A stretch of 64,000 nt of DNA from Pristiophorus japonicus (Eukaryota). Shown piece by piece: positions 49,440-61,225 of the stretch (position 1 is its first letter; every line of letters begins with the position of its first letter). Made by a program: the position numbers and the translations under genes. The stretch is taken from NCBI RefSeq assembly GCF_044704955.1, contig NW_027254394.1, forward strand, positions 310,001-374,000, in the 5' to 3' direction. The notes beneath the pieces were generated by a model. The model made no database searches. It saw only the letters and a list, made by a program, of their open reading frames with translations, and was not told the DNA's origin.

Positions 49440-52400
49440 ATGAGTTCCTACGAAACGAAGTTAAGGAGCTCGGAGCTAAATTAAAAAGTAGGACCTCAAA
49501 AGTAGTAATCTCGGGATTGCTACCAGTGCCACGTGATAGTCAGAGTAGGAATCGCAGGATAGCGCAGATGAATACGTGGCTTGAGCAGTGGTGCAGCAGG
49601 GAGGGATTCAAATTCCTGGGTCATTGGAACCGGTTCTGGGGGAGGTGGGACCAGTACAAACCGGACGGTCTGCACCTGGGCAGGACCGGAACCAATGTCC
49701 TAGGGGGAGTGTTTGCTAGTGCTGTTGGGGAGGATTGAAACTAATATGGCAGGGGGATGGGAACCAATGCAGGGAGACAGAGGGAAACAAAAAGGAGGCA
49801 AAAGCAAAAGACAGAAAGGAAAAGTGGAGGGCAGAGAAACCCAAGGCAAAGAACAAAAAGGGCCACTGTACAGCAAAATTCTAAAAGGACAAAGGGTGTT
49901 AAAAATAACAAGCCTGAAGGCTTTGTGTCTTAATGCAAGGAGTATCCGCAATAAGGTGGATGAATTAACTGTGCAAATAGATGTTAACAAATATGATGTG
50001 ATTGGGATTACGGAGACGTGGCTCCAGGATGATCAGGGCTGGGAACTCAACATCCAGGGGTATTCAACATTCAGGAAAGATAGAATAAAAGGAAAAGGAG
50101 GTGAGGTAGCATTGCTGGTTAAGGAGCAAATTAAGGCAATAGTTCGGAAGGACATTAGCTTGGATGATGTGGAATCTATATGGGTAGAGCTGCAGAATAC
50201 CAAAGGGCAAAAAACGTTAGCGGGAGTTGTGTACAGACCTCCAAACAGTAGTAGTGATGTTGGGGAGGGCATCAAACATGAAATTAGGGGTGCGTGCAAT
50301 AAAGGTGCAGCAGTTATAATGGGTGACTTTAATATGCACATAGATTGGGTTAACCAAGCTGGAAGCAATACGGTGGAGGAGGATTTCCTGGAGTGCATAA
50401 GGGATGGTTTTCTAGACCAATATGTCGAGGAACCAACTAGGGGGGAGGCCATCTTAGACTGGGTGTTGTGTAATGAGAGAGGATTAATTAGCAATCTCGT
50501 TGTGCGAGGCCCCTTGGGGAAGAGTGACCATAATATGGTGGAATTCTGCATTAGGATGGCGAATGAAAGAGTTAATTCAGAGACCATGGTCCAGAACTTA
50601 AAGAAGGGTAACTTTGAAGGTATGAGGCGTGAGTTGGCTAGGATAGATTGGCGAATGATACTGAAGGGGTTGACTGTGGATGGGCAATGGCAGACATTTA
50701 GAGACCGCATGGATGAACTACAACAATTGTACATTCCTGTCTGGCGTAAAAATAAAAAAGGGAAGGTGGCTCAACCGTGGCTATCAAGGGAAATCAGGGA
50801 TAGCATTAAAGCCAAGGAAGTGGCATACAAATTGGCCAGAAATAGCAGCGAACCCGGGGACTGGGAGAAATTTAGAACTCAGCAGAGGAGGACAAAGGGT
50901 TTGATTAGGGCAGGGAAAATGGAGTACGAGAAGAAGCTTGCAGGGAACATTAAGACGGATTGCAAAAGTTTCTATAGATATGTAAAGAGAAAAAGGTTAG
51001 TAAAGACAAACGTAGGTCCCCTGCAGTCAGAATCAGGGGAAGTCATAACGGGAAACAAAGAAATGGCGGACCAATTGAACAAGTACTTTGGTTCGGTATT
51101 CACTGAGGAGGACACAAACAACCTTCCGGATATAAAAGGGGTCGGAGGGTCTAGTAAGGAGGAAGAACTGAGGGAAATCCTTATTAGTCGGGAAACTGTG
51201 TTGGGGACATTGATGGGATTGAAGGCCGATATATCTCCAGGGCCTGATGGACTGCAGCCCAGAGTACTTAAGGAGGTGGCCTTGGAAATAGTGGATGCAT
51301 TGACAATCATTTTCCAACATTCCATTGACTCTGGATCAGTTACTATGGAGTGGAGGGTAGCCAATGTCACCCCACTTTTTAAAAAAGGAGGGAGAGAGAA
51401 AACAGGGAATTATAGACCGGTCAGCCTGACATCGGTAGTGGTAAAATGATGGAATCAATTATTAAGGATGTCATAGCAGTGCATTTGGAAAGAGGTAATA
51501 TGATAGGTCCAAGTCAGCATGGATTTGTGAAAGGGAAATCATGCTTGACAAATCTTCTGGAATTTTTTGAGGATGTTTCCAGTAGAGTGGACAAGGGAGA
51601 ACCAGTTGATGTGGTATATTTGGACTTTCAGAAGGCTTTCGACAAGGTCCCACACAAGAGATTAATGTGCAAAGTTAAAGCACATGGGATTGGGGGTAGT
51701 GTGCTGACATGGATTGAGAACTGGTTGTCAGACAGGAAGCAAAGAGTAGGAGTAAATGGGGACTTTTCAGAATGGCAGGCAGTGACTAGTGAGGTACCGC
51801 AAGGTTCTGTGCTGGGGCCCCAGCTGTTTACATTGTACATTAATGATTTAGACGAGGGGATTAAATGTAGTATCTCCAAATTTGCGGATGACACTAAGTT
51901 GGGTGGCAGTGTGAGCTGCGAGGAGGATGCTATGAGGCTGCAGAGCGACTTGGATAGGTTAGGTGAGTGGGCAAATGCATAGCAGATGAAATATAATGTT
52001 GATAAATGTGAGGTTATCCACTTTGGTGGTAAAAACAGAGAGACAGACTATTATCTGAATGGTGACAGATTAGGAAAAGGGGAGGTGCAAAGAGACCTGG
52101 GTGTCATGGTACATCAGTCATTGAAGGTTGGCATGCAGGTACAGCAGGCTGTTAAGAAAGCAAATGGCATGTTGGCCTTCATAGCGAGGGGATTTGTGTA
52201 CAGGGGCAGGGAGGTGTTGCTACAATTGTACAGGGCCTTGGTGAGGCCACACCTGGAGTATTGTGTACAGTTTTGGTCTCCTAACCTGAGGAAGAACATT
52301 CTTGCTATTGAGGGAGTGCAGCGAAGGTTCACCAGACTGATTCCCGGGATGGCGGGACTGACCTATCAAGAAAGACTGGATCAACTGGGCTTGTATTCAC

Positions 52401-52812
52401 TGGAGTTCAGAAGAATGAGAGGGGACCTCATAGAAACGTTTAAAATTCTGACGGGGTGAGACAGGTTAGATGCAGGAAGAATGTTCCCAATGTTGGGGAA
52501 GTCCAGAACCAGGGGACACAGTCTAAGGATAAGGGGGAAGCCATTTAGGACCGAGACGAGGAGGAATTTCTTCTCCCAGAGAGTGGTGAACCTGTGGAAT
52601 TCTCTACCACAGAAAGTTGTTGAGGCCAATTCACTAAATATATTCAAAAAGGAGTTAGATGAAGTCCTTACTACTAGGGGAATCAAGGGGTATGGTGAGA
52701 AAGCAGGAATGGGGTACTGAAGTTTCATGTTCAGCCATGAACTCATTGAATGGCGGTGCAGGCTTGAAGGGCCGAATGGCCTACTCCTGCACCTATTTTC
52801 TATGTTTCTATG
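49440..52812 (+). mobile_element. Young CR1 (end of ORF1 plus nearly intact ORF2) nested in Gypsy integrase
   Basis: 578-aa endonuclease/tether ORF, then RT with a frameshift at about 51440 and stops at 51980 and 52457. Confidence 0.96.
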
Positions 52813-53297
52813 TTGCTATGAACTGGAAGCGAGTGAGGAAGATGCAGTCAGTGACCAACCAACCATTGTTCACTCATCAGAGGACTCTGCTGACATTACT
52901 GACTCTGAACCTTCAGTCTCTGATGTGGTCATGACCACTCCCATCAGCTCGGCTACTCAGCCCTCAGTCTCAACGGACTCAGAACGCTCGCCCAGAGACA
53001 AAGTTGAACTGAGACGATCAACTCGTGAGAGGAAAGCCCCAGACCATCTTAATTTGTAAAAAAAAAACTTGTTAAGATTTTAAAAAGGAAATGTTGTTAT
53101 GTATTAATACTTGAGGGTCACCAGACACCAGAGGGCGCCGCGGTCAGAGGTCATTGGGCTGTACACATGTGGCATGTGTGCTTGGTCACCTGTATATAAG
53201 CTGGGTGTCTTTGTCACGCTGGCACTCTTGGGCTGGAATAAAGAAGGATCAGGTTGCACCTGAGTGAGTTTACAGTAAACAGACTTGAGTCATTACA

Positions 53298-55385
53298 ATT
53301 TTCTAAATGTCCTGCTACTACTTCCTTAATAATAGATTCCAGCATTTTCTCAATGACAGATGTTAGGCTTACTGACCTATAATTTCCTGCTATCTGTCTC
53401 CCTCCTTTCTTAAAAAGGGGTGTTCCATTTGCAGTTTTCCAATCCTTGGGACCTTTCCAGAATCTAGGGAATTTTGAAACATTACAACCAATGCATCCAC
53501 TATCTCTGCAGCCACTTCTTTTAAGACCCAAGGATGCAGGCCATCAGGTCCAGGGGACTTGTCAGTCTTTAGTCCCATTAGTTTGCCTATTACTTTTTCT
53601 GTAGTGATGATAATTGTTTTTATTTCCTCCCGACCCTTTGCCCTTGATTTTCTATTAGTAGGATGCTTTTCATGTCTTCTACCGTAAAGACAGATACAAA
53701 TATTTGTTCAAAGTCTCTGCCATTTCCTTGTTTCCCATTATTATTTCCCCAGTCTCACCCTCTAAGGGACCAATATTTACTTCAGCTACTCCCTTCCTTT
53801 TTATATACGTGGCGTGGTGACCCCGACCAGCGAGGAAATACCAGCAGCAGGTCGGGGCCATAAAAGGCGAGCAGCGAGCGACCCTGGGAGCAGCGTGGTG
53901 ACATGCCACTTCAGGGAGCAGTGCGAGCTGGTGCAAGAGGGCAACAGCAGTGCAGCGGGCAACTGGATTGGACATCACCAAGGTCCAGGTCGGTGATTGG
54001 AACGTGGGCAGGTACAGCAGCAGCGGCGAGTTTGGGACGCAGGAGCGGTGAGTTATCGTGGAGTGATGTGATCGAGGCCCAGGAGAGGCGTGAGTTCGGG
54101 GCCCAGCAGAGGCGAGGGCCCTGGGGCAGCAACTTCTTCACTCAGAGAATTGTTAACCTGTGGAATCCTCGACCGCAGAAAGCTGTTGAGGCCAGTTCAT
54201 TAGATATATTCAAAAGGGAGTTAGATATGGCCCTTACGGCCGAAATGGCTTTCCCCTTATTCTTCGACAGTGACTGGTTCTGGAACTCCCCAGCAATGGG
54301 AACATTCTTTCTGCCTCTAACCTGTCCAATCCCGTCAGAATTTTATATGTTTCTATGAGATCCCCTCTCATTCTTCTAAACTCCAGTGGATACAAGCCCA
54401 GTTGATCCAGTCTCTCCTCATAGGTCAATAAGGGGTATGGAGAGAAAGCAGGAAAGGGGTACTGAGGTTGAATGATCAGCCATGATCTTGTTGAATGTCG
54501 GTGCAGGCTCGAAGGGCCGAATGGCCTGCTCCTGCACCTAATTTCTATGTTTCTATGTTTCTACGTTTAACATGTAGTTCGGGACCAGGAATATCAGGTC
54601 TTTCATTGAAACACCTGTGAACTCATCCTTTTTTAGTGTGGAAGTGGGTCATCCTCGATACGAGGGACCGCCTAAGAGAGATATACTTGTAGAAGCTCTT
54701 ACCGTCTGTTTTTATATTATTTGCTAGTTTACTCTCATAATCTATTTTATCCTTCTTTATTCATTTTTTAGTTATCCTTTGGTGGTTTCTAACATTTTGC
54801 CAATCTTCGAGCCTACCACTAATCTTTGCAACATATCTGCCTTTTCTTTCAAATTGATACCATCCTTAACTTCCTTAGTTAGCCACGGATGGTTCATCCT
54901 TCTCATTGAGTCTTTCTCAATGGAATATATCTTTGTCGAGAATTATGAAATATCTCCTTAAATGTGTGCCACTGCTTATCTACTGTCATACCTTTTAATC
55001 TAATTTCCCACTCCACATTAACCAATTCTGACTTCATACCTTTGTAATTGCCTTTATTTAGGCTTAAGATATAGTTTCAGATCCAAGTTTCAAACTGAAT
55101 GTGAAATTTTATCATGTTATGCTCACTCTTCCCGAGAGGATCCTTTACTGTGAGGCAATCAATTAATCCTGTCTCATTGCACCTTACCAGATCTAAAATA
55201 GCTTGTTCCCTGGTTGGTTCTACAATGTATGGTTCTAAGAAACTGTCACGAATACACCCTATGAACTAGTTGTCACAGCTACCTTTGCCAATTTGATTTG
55301 TTGAATCTATATGAAGATTAAAATTGCCCACGATTATTGCAGTACCTCTCTTAAAAGCCCCATTATTTCTTAATTTATACTCTGT
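53298..55385 (-). mobile_element. CR1, 5' half of the copy split by Gypsy, with a nested RTE-type SINE (about 53810-54680) that contains CR1 pieces
   Basis: KSPGPDGLHP and upstream ORF2 motifs; 53810-54125 and 54565-54680 resemble 41235-41825. Confidence 0.85.
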
Positions 55386-55389
55386 CCTG

Positions 55390-56127
55390 CACTCCAAGGT
55401 CCCTCTGTTCCTCTACACTTCTCATTGTCCTACCATTTATTGTATATTCCCTTGCCTTGTTAGCCCTTCCCAAATGCATTACCTCACACTTCTCCGGATT
55501 GAATTCCATTTGCCACTGTTCTGCCCACGCGACCAGTACATTGATATCTTTCCTACAGTCTACAGCTTTCTTCTTCATTATCAACCTTACAAAAAATGGT
55601 AGTATCATCTACAAACTTCTTAATCATACCCTCTATATTCAAGTCTAAATCATTGATATATACCACAAAAAGCAAGGGAACTTGTACTGAGCCCTGTGGA
55701 ACCCCACTGGAAATAGCCTTGCAGACACAAAAGCACCCATCGACCATTACCCTTTGCTTCCTTCCTCCAAGCCAATTTTGGATCCAACTTGTCACTTTGC
55801 CCTGTATCTCATGGGCTTTACCCTTCATGACCAGTCTACCATGTGGGACCTTATCAAAAGCCTTGGTAAAACCCATATATACTACATCGTACGCACTACC
55901 CTCATCAAACCTCCTTGTTACCTCCACATAAATTCAGTCAAGTTAGTCAGACACTATCTTCCCTCAAAAAATCCATGTTGACTGTCGTTGATTAATCTGT
56001 GTATTTCGAAATGAAGATTTATCCTAGCCCTCAGAATGTTTTCCCATAATTCTCCCACCACCGACTTTAGGCTGATAGGCCTGCAATTCTCGGTCTATCC
56101 CTTTCTCATTTTTTAAACAACAGTATA
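55390..56127 (-). mobile_element. CR1 RT fragment (second subfamily)
   Basis: [24 protein letters not shown]. Confidence 0.9.
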
Positions 56128-56990
56128 ATGGGCAGGGGGAGAGAGAGAGAGAGAGAGACAGTGAACAGGCGGGGAGAAAGAGAGAGGCCACGATTGGGCA
56201 GGTGAGAGAGAAAGGCCATGATTGGGTGGAAGAGAGAGAGAGACCACGATCGGGTGGGGGGGAGAGAGAGAAAGGCCATGATTGGGCGGGAGAGAGATAG
56301 AGACCATGAACAGGTGGGGAGAGAGAGAGGGCTCGATTGGGTGGGGAGAGAGAGAGAGAGGCCATGATCGGGCGAGGGGGAGAGAGAGAGAGGCCACGAT
56401 TGGGCAGGGGAGAGAGAGAGGCCACGATCGGGCAGGGAGAGAGAGAGGCTACAATCGGGCAGGGAGAGAGAGAGGCTACGATCGGGTGGGGGAGAGAGAG
56501 AGGCCACGATCGGGCAGGGAGAGAGAGAGGCTACGATCGGGCAGGGAGAGAGAGAGGCCACGATTGGGCAGGGGAGAGAGAGAGGCTACGATCGGGCAGG
56601 GAGAGAGAGAGGCCATGATCGGGCAGGGACAGAGAGAGAGGCCACGATCGGGCAGGGGAGAGAGAGAGGCCACGATCGGGCAGGGGAGAGAGAGAGGCCA
56701 CGATCGGGCAGGGGAGAGAGAGAGGCTACAATCGGGCAGGGAGAGAGAGAGGCTACGATCGGGCAGGGAGAGAGAGAGGCCACGATTGGGCAGGGGAGAG
56801 AGAGAGGCTACGATCGGGCAGGGAGAGAGAGAGGCTACAATCGGGCAGGGAGAGAGAGAGGCTACGATCGGGCAGGGAGAGAAAGAGGCCATGATTGGGC
56901 GAGGGAGAGGGGGGAGAGAGAGAGAGAGAGACCACGATCGTGTGGGGGGAGGTGCGGGAGGGGAGGGAGAGAGAGGGCATGATTGGGGGA
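56128..56990. repeat. Purine-rich ~27-28 bp minisatellite (GGCCACGATCGGGCAGGGGAGAGAGAGA), about 30 units
   Basis: Direct tandem units with a variable (GA)n stretch. Confidence 0.95.
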
Positions 56991-57419
56991 GGCGGAAGGG
57001 AAAGGAGAGCGTGCGCTATCTGGAGGACTTGGGCATGTTGGGGACAATTTTCCCATAATTAACACTAACACCCACCCCTCCGATGCTCTCCCGCACTGCG
57101 TGGGGGGGGCAGAGGGTGGCAGGGGGTTAATATCAGGGTCGATTTCATGGTTTAGAGCTCTCTAAATTATTCCTATTACTGCACTTTTCCCTCAACATGT
57201 ATTTTACCGTTGAATCCTGTGTGTGAGATTTTGTCCCACCATGTGCTCACAATTATTTGTTCTGTTAAAAACAAATTGAGTTTGGCCCAGATTTCACCCT
57301 CCATTCTGTAGTTAAAACTCAGTGTTACTGTAAAAGGAACAGCTTGTATAACATTTAAACAAGATGCTTGTACATAACATTATTAGGTATAAAACCAATA
57401 TAACATAGAAGGTACTTAC

Positions 57420-57768
57420 TGGTTACTTTCAGCCGGGTTCCATTTCCATAGATTGTTCCCCAAAATACCACAGATATAGACCGCGCTGTCTCTGGGCTCC
57501 ACGCCTCTGATGGTCAGAATGTAGCTGTTACTGGCAACATCTCTGGAGAGCTGAAACTGCTCAGAGAAACCGTGTGATTGGTCAACCCTGCCATCTGCAC
57601 AATGAGTAAATATTTTGTGTTTCCTATCCTGTGAGAGGTACCAGTGTACAGTATATTTATCCACATTCACATTGCTGCTCTCCAGGGTACACCAAAACTT
57701 CACCGTCCCACCCTCGGGCACCGTCACAACTTCTGGGGACTGGATAAGAACCGGACTTGCCTTTAGAC
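57420..57768 (-). pseudogene. VJ-type Ig V-set exon, copy V3 (type A); +1 frameshift in CDR3 (real or a sequencing error)
   Basis: Acceptor ttcacAG, donor GTAAGT; 349 nt (3n+1); GLKASPVLIQSPEVVTVPEGGTVKFWCTLESS..VHWY..SRDVASNSYILTIRGVEPRDSAVYICGI, then an extra T (A-run 57462-57465), then WGTIYGNGTRLKVT. Confidence 0.92.
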
Positions 57769-57926
57769 CTGTGAATAGTAAATAACTGATGATCAGAACT
57801 GATGAGGAACAACAAAAAGTAATAACTTGAAATGGAAGTGGCGATGAGGTCACGACGCGTGTGTGTAACCCCGCTCTACCCTTCACTTAAGGTGAGAGCA
57901 TTCAGCATTCAGAAACATCGGTCCAC

Positions 57927-58347
57927 TGGGCCACCAGGGAGGGGCCAGGCCACTGACCCTGTTGCCGGCCCGGCTGAACCCGGGGCAATAATTTGCCGGC
58001 CGATCGGGAAGTCGGCCGGCAAAGATAAAAACATGGTGGGCGCGGCAGTGGGCCCTCCCCTTGAAGGGCCGCCACGCTGTCGTGCTGCACACAGGCAGAA
58101 CAAGGTGCACCAACAGAAAAAGCTGTCGGGGGCACCATGCAGCGGCTCGTGGATTTTTTAAAGTAACTTTGGGGCAGATTGCAATGGAGGTGCGGGATAG
58201 CGGCGGTGCGTGCTTTGATGACGCGCTTGTGGCTGAATTTGGGTCGGGGTGGCCAATGGACTGCAACATGGCGGCCACTCGATTTCACCACGTGACCGTC
58301 GCAAAACGGCGGTAACCGGCCTTATACGGACCCTGAATTTCAGCTCG
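57927..58347. mobile_element. CpG-rich MITE-like insertion upstream of V3
   Basis: Absent from the paralogous V1 flank; ends CTGAATTTCAGCTC, like other Harbinger-type termini in this window. Confidence 0.5.
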
Positions 58348-58996
58348 TTGTTTTAAACATATCCTGAGCTTAGCTCTTTAACATCACACTGTACTGGCCA
58401 ACAGTGTCAGCCTAGCTTCTTGTGCTCAAGTCTCTGGAGAGGGACTTGACCTGAGCCATGGCTGACACACAGCAGGGAGGGGTCGAGGGGGTGGAACATT
58501 GGGTTGGAGGCAGGCCTGAAGGGCAAAAGGTGTGCTGGTGTTGGGTGGGTATCAACAGGGCTCCACGTGAGCGACAGGGCGAGCTCGGCCAGGAGCAGTG
58601 CAGCTTCCTCCAGTTAGAGGCCGACCACAAAGCCCCAGGCAGAAAATCATCACAGAGCAGTTTAGTCAGGGGGTGGGCCATTTTATTGGGAGGTTAAAAT
58701 ATTCCTGCATTTTTCTATCAGTTACGTTTTAACTTGTGTTGTTTACCTGTGTGTAACCAGAGGGCTCAGGGGAACATGTTTTGCAAAAGTATTTTGAGTG
58801 GTTTGATTGGTTCACCTACCGTTCTTTTCTGTTGCTGGATCTAGTGTCCTGTGTGCTGTAGTTATGAAGTTCTGATTGGTTGTATCTGAAAGGATTTTGA
58901 AAAAGAGGTGTGATTTGATTGCTTCAGATTGTGTCATGTCCTGAATCACCGACCCCGATATTAACGCAGAGATGGGAACAGAGCGCGTGGGGCGGG

Positions 58997-61225
58997 AACA
59001 TAAGAACATAAGAACATAAGAATTAGGAATAGCAGTAGGCCATTTAGCCCCTCGCGCCTGCTCCGCCATTCAATAAGATCATGGCTGATCTGGCCGTGGA
59101 CTCAGCTCCACTTACCCGCCCGCTCCCCGTAACCCTAAATTCCCTTATTGGTTAAAAATCTATCTATCTGTGACTTGAATACATTCAGTGAGCTAGCCTC
59201 AACTGCTTCCTTGGGCAGAGAATTCCACAGATTCACAACCCACTGGGAGAAGAAATTCCTTCTCAACTCGGTTTTAAATTGGCTCCCCCGTATTTTGAGG
59301 CTGTGCCCCCTAGTTCTAATCTCCCCCACCAGTGGAAACAACCTCTCTGCCTCTATCTTGTCTATCCCTTTCATTATTTTAAATGTTTCGATAAGATCAC
59401 CCATCATCCTTCTGAACTCCAAGGAGTAAAGACCCAGTCCACTCAATCTATCATCATAAGGTAACTCCCTCATCTCCGAAATCAGCCAAGTGAATCATCT
59501 CTGTACCCCCTCCAAAGCCAGTGACCAAAACTGCACGCAGTACTCCAGGTGTGGCCTTATCAATACCCTATACAGTTGCAGCAGGACCTCCCTGATTTTA
59601 TACTCCATCCCTCTCGCAATGAAGGCCAACATTCCATTCACCTTCCTGATTACCTGCTGCACATGCAAACTAACTTTTTGGGATTCATGCACAAGGACCC
59701 CCAGGTCCCTCTGCACCTCAGCATGTTGTAATTTCTCCCCATTCAAATAATATTCCCTTTTACTGTTTTTTTTTCCCAAGGTGGATGACCTCACACTTTC
59801 CGACATTGTATTCCATCTGCCAAACCTTCGCCCATTCGCTTAACCTATCCAAATCTCTTTGCAGCCTCTCTGTGTCCTCCACCCAACCCACTTTCCCACT
59901 AATCTTTGTGTCATCTGCAAATTTTGTTACACTACACTCTGTCCCCTCTTCCAGGTCATCTATGTATATTGTAAACAGTTGTGGTCCCAGCACCGATCCC
60001 TGTGGCACACCACTAACCACCGATTTCCAACCCCAAAAGGACCCATTGATCCCGACTCTCTGCTTTGTGTTAGCCAGCCAATTCTATATCCATGCTAATA
60101 CATTTCCTCTGACTCCGCGTTCCTCTATCTTCTGCAGTAACCTTTTGTGTGGCACCTTATCGAATGCCTTTTGGAAATCTAAATACACCACATCCATCGG
60201 TACACCTCTATCCAACATGCTCGTTATATCCTCAAAGAATTCCAGTAAATTAGTTAAACATGATTTCCCCTTCATGAATCCATGTTGTGTCTGCTTGATT
60301 GCACTATTCCTATCTAGATGTCCCGCTATTTCTTTCTTAATGATAGTTTCAAGCATTTTCCCCACTACAGATGTTAAACTAACCGGCCTATAGTTACCTG
60401 CCTTTTGTCTGCCCCCTTTTTTAAACAGAGGCGTTACATTAGCTGCTTTCCAATTCGCTGGTACCTCCCCAGAGTCCAGAGAATTTTGGTAGATTATAAC
60501 GAATGTATCTGCTATAATTCCGCCATCTCTTTTAATACCCTGGGATGCATTTCATCAGGACCAGGGGACTTGTCTACCTTGAGTCCCATTAGCCTGTTCA
60601 GCACTACCCCCCTAGTGTTAGTGATTGTCTCAAGGTCCTCCCTTCCCACATTCCTGTGACCAGCAATTTTTGGCATTGTTTTTGTGTCTTCCACTGTGAA
60701 GACCGAAGCAAAATAATTGTTTAAGGTCTCAGCCATTTCCACATTTCCCATTATTAAATCCCCCTTCTCATCTTCTAAGGGACCAACATTTACTTTAGTC
60801 ACTCTTTTCCATTTTATATATCTGTAAAAGCTTTTACTGTCTGTTTTTATGTTTTGCACAAGTTTACCTTCATAATCTATCTTTCCTTTCTTTATTGTTT
60901 TTTAGTCATGCTTTGCTGTTGTTAAAAATTTTCCCAATCTTCTAGTTTCCCACTAACCTTGGCCACCTTATACGCATTGGTCTTTGATTTGATACTCTCC
61001 TTTATTTCTTCGGTTATCCATGGCTTGTTATCCCTTCTCTTACCGCCCTTCTTTTTCACTGGAATATATTTTTGTTGCGCACTATGAAAGAACTCCTTAA
61101 AAGTCCTCCACTGTTCCTCAATTGTGCCACCGTTTAGTCTGTGTTTCCAGTCTACTTTAGCCAACTCTGCCCTCATCCCACTGTAGTCCCCTTTGTTGAA
61201 GCATAGTACGCTTGTATCTGGGATA
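58997..61225 (-). mobile_element. CR1 LINE ORF2, another subfamily
   Basis: (AACATAAG)n tail; [28 protein letters not shown]. Confidence 0.93.

Larger units (their letters stand above)
44330..53297 (+). mobile_element. Ty3/Gypsy LTR retrotransposon (decayed, two nested CR1s)
   Basis: LTRs 44330-44529 and about 53095-53297; PBS TGGCGACGAGG at 44532; gag (RLDQYFVAN), Zn knuckle CNGCLKVGHLHRMC, protease LDTG, RT WASPIIPVLK, integrase VSDNG..SNGLAER, RRSTR tail; TSD ACTTT/ATTTT. Confidence 0.95.

Noticed and set aside
49040-49738. Integrase-esterase fusion protein
   Set aside because: Chance in-frame junction of Gypsy integrase with the inserted CR1 ORF1 at about 49440
56282-57058. Arg/Glu/Gly-rich ORF
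   Set aside because: Translation of the GA-rich minisatellite
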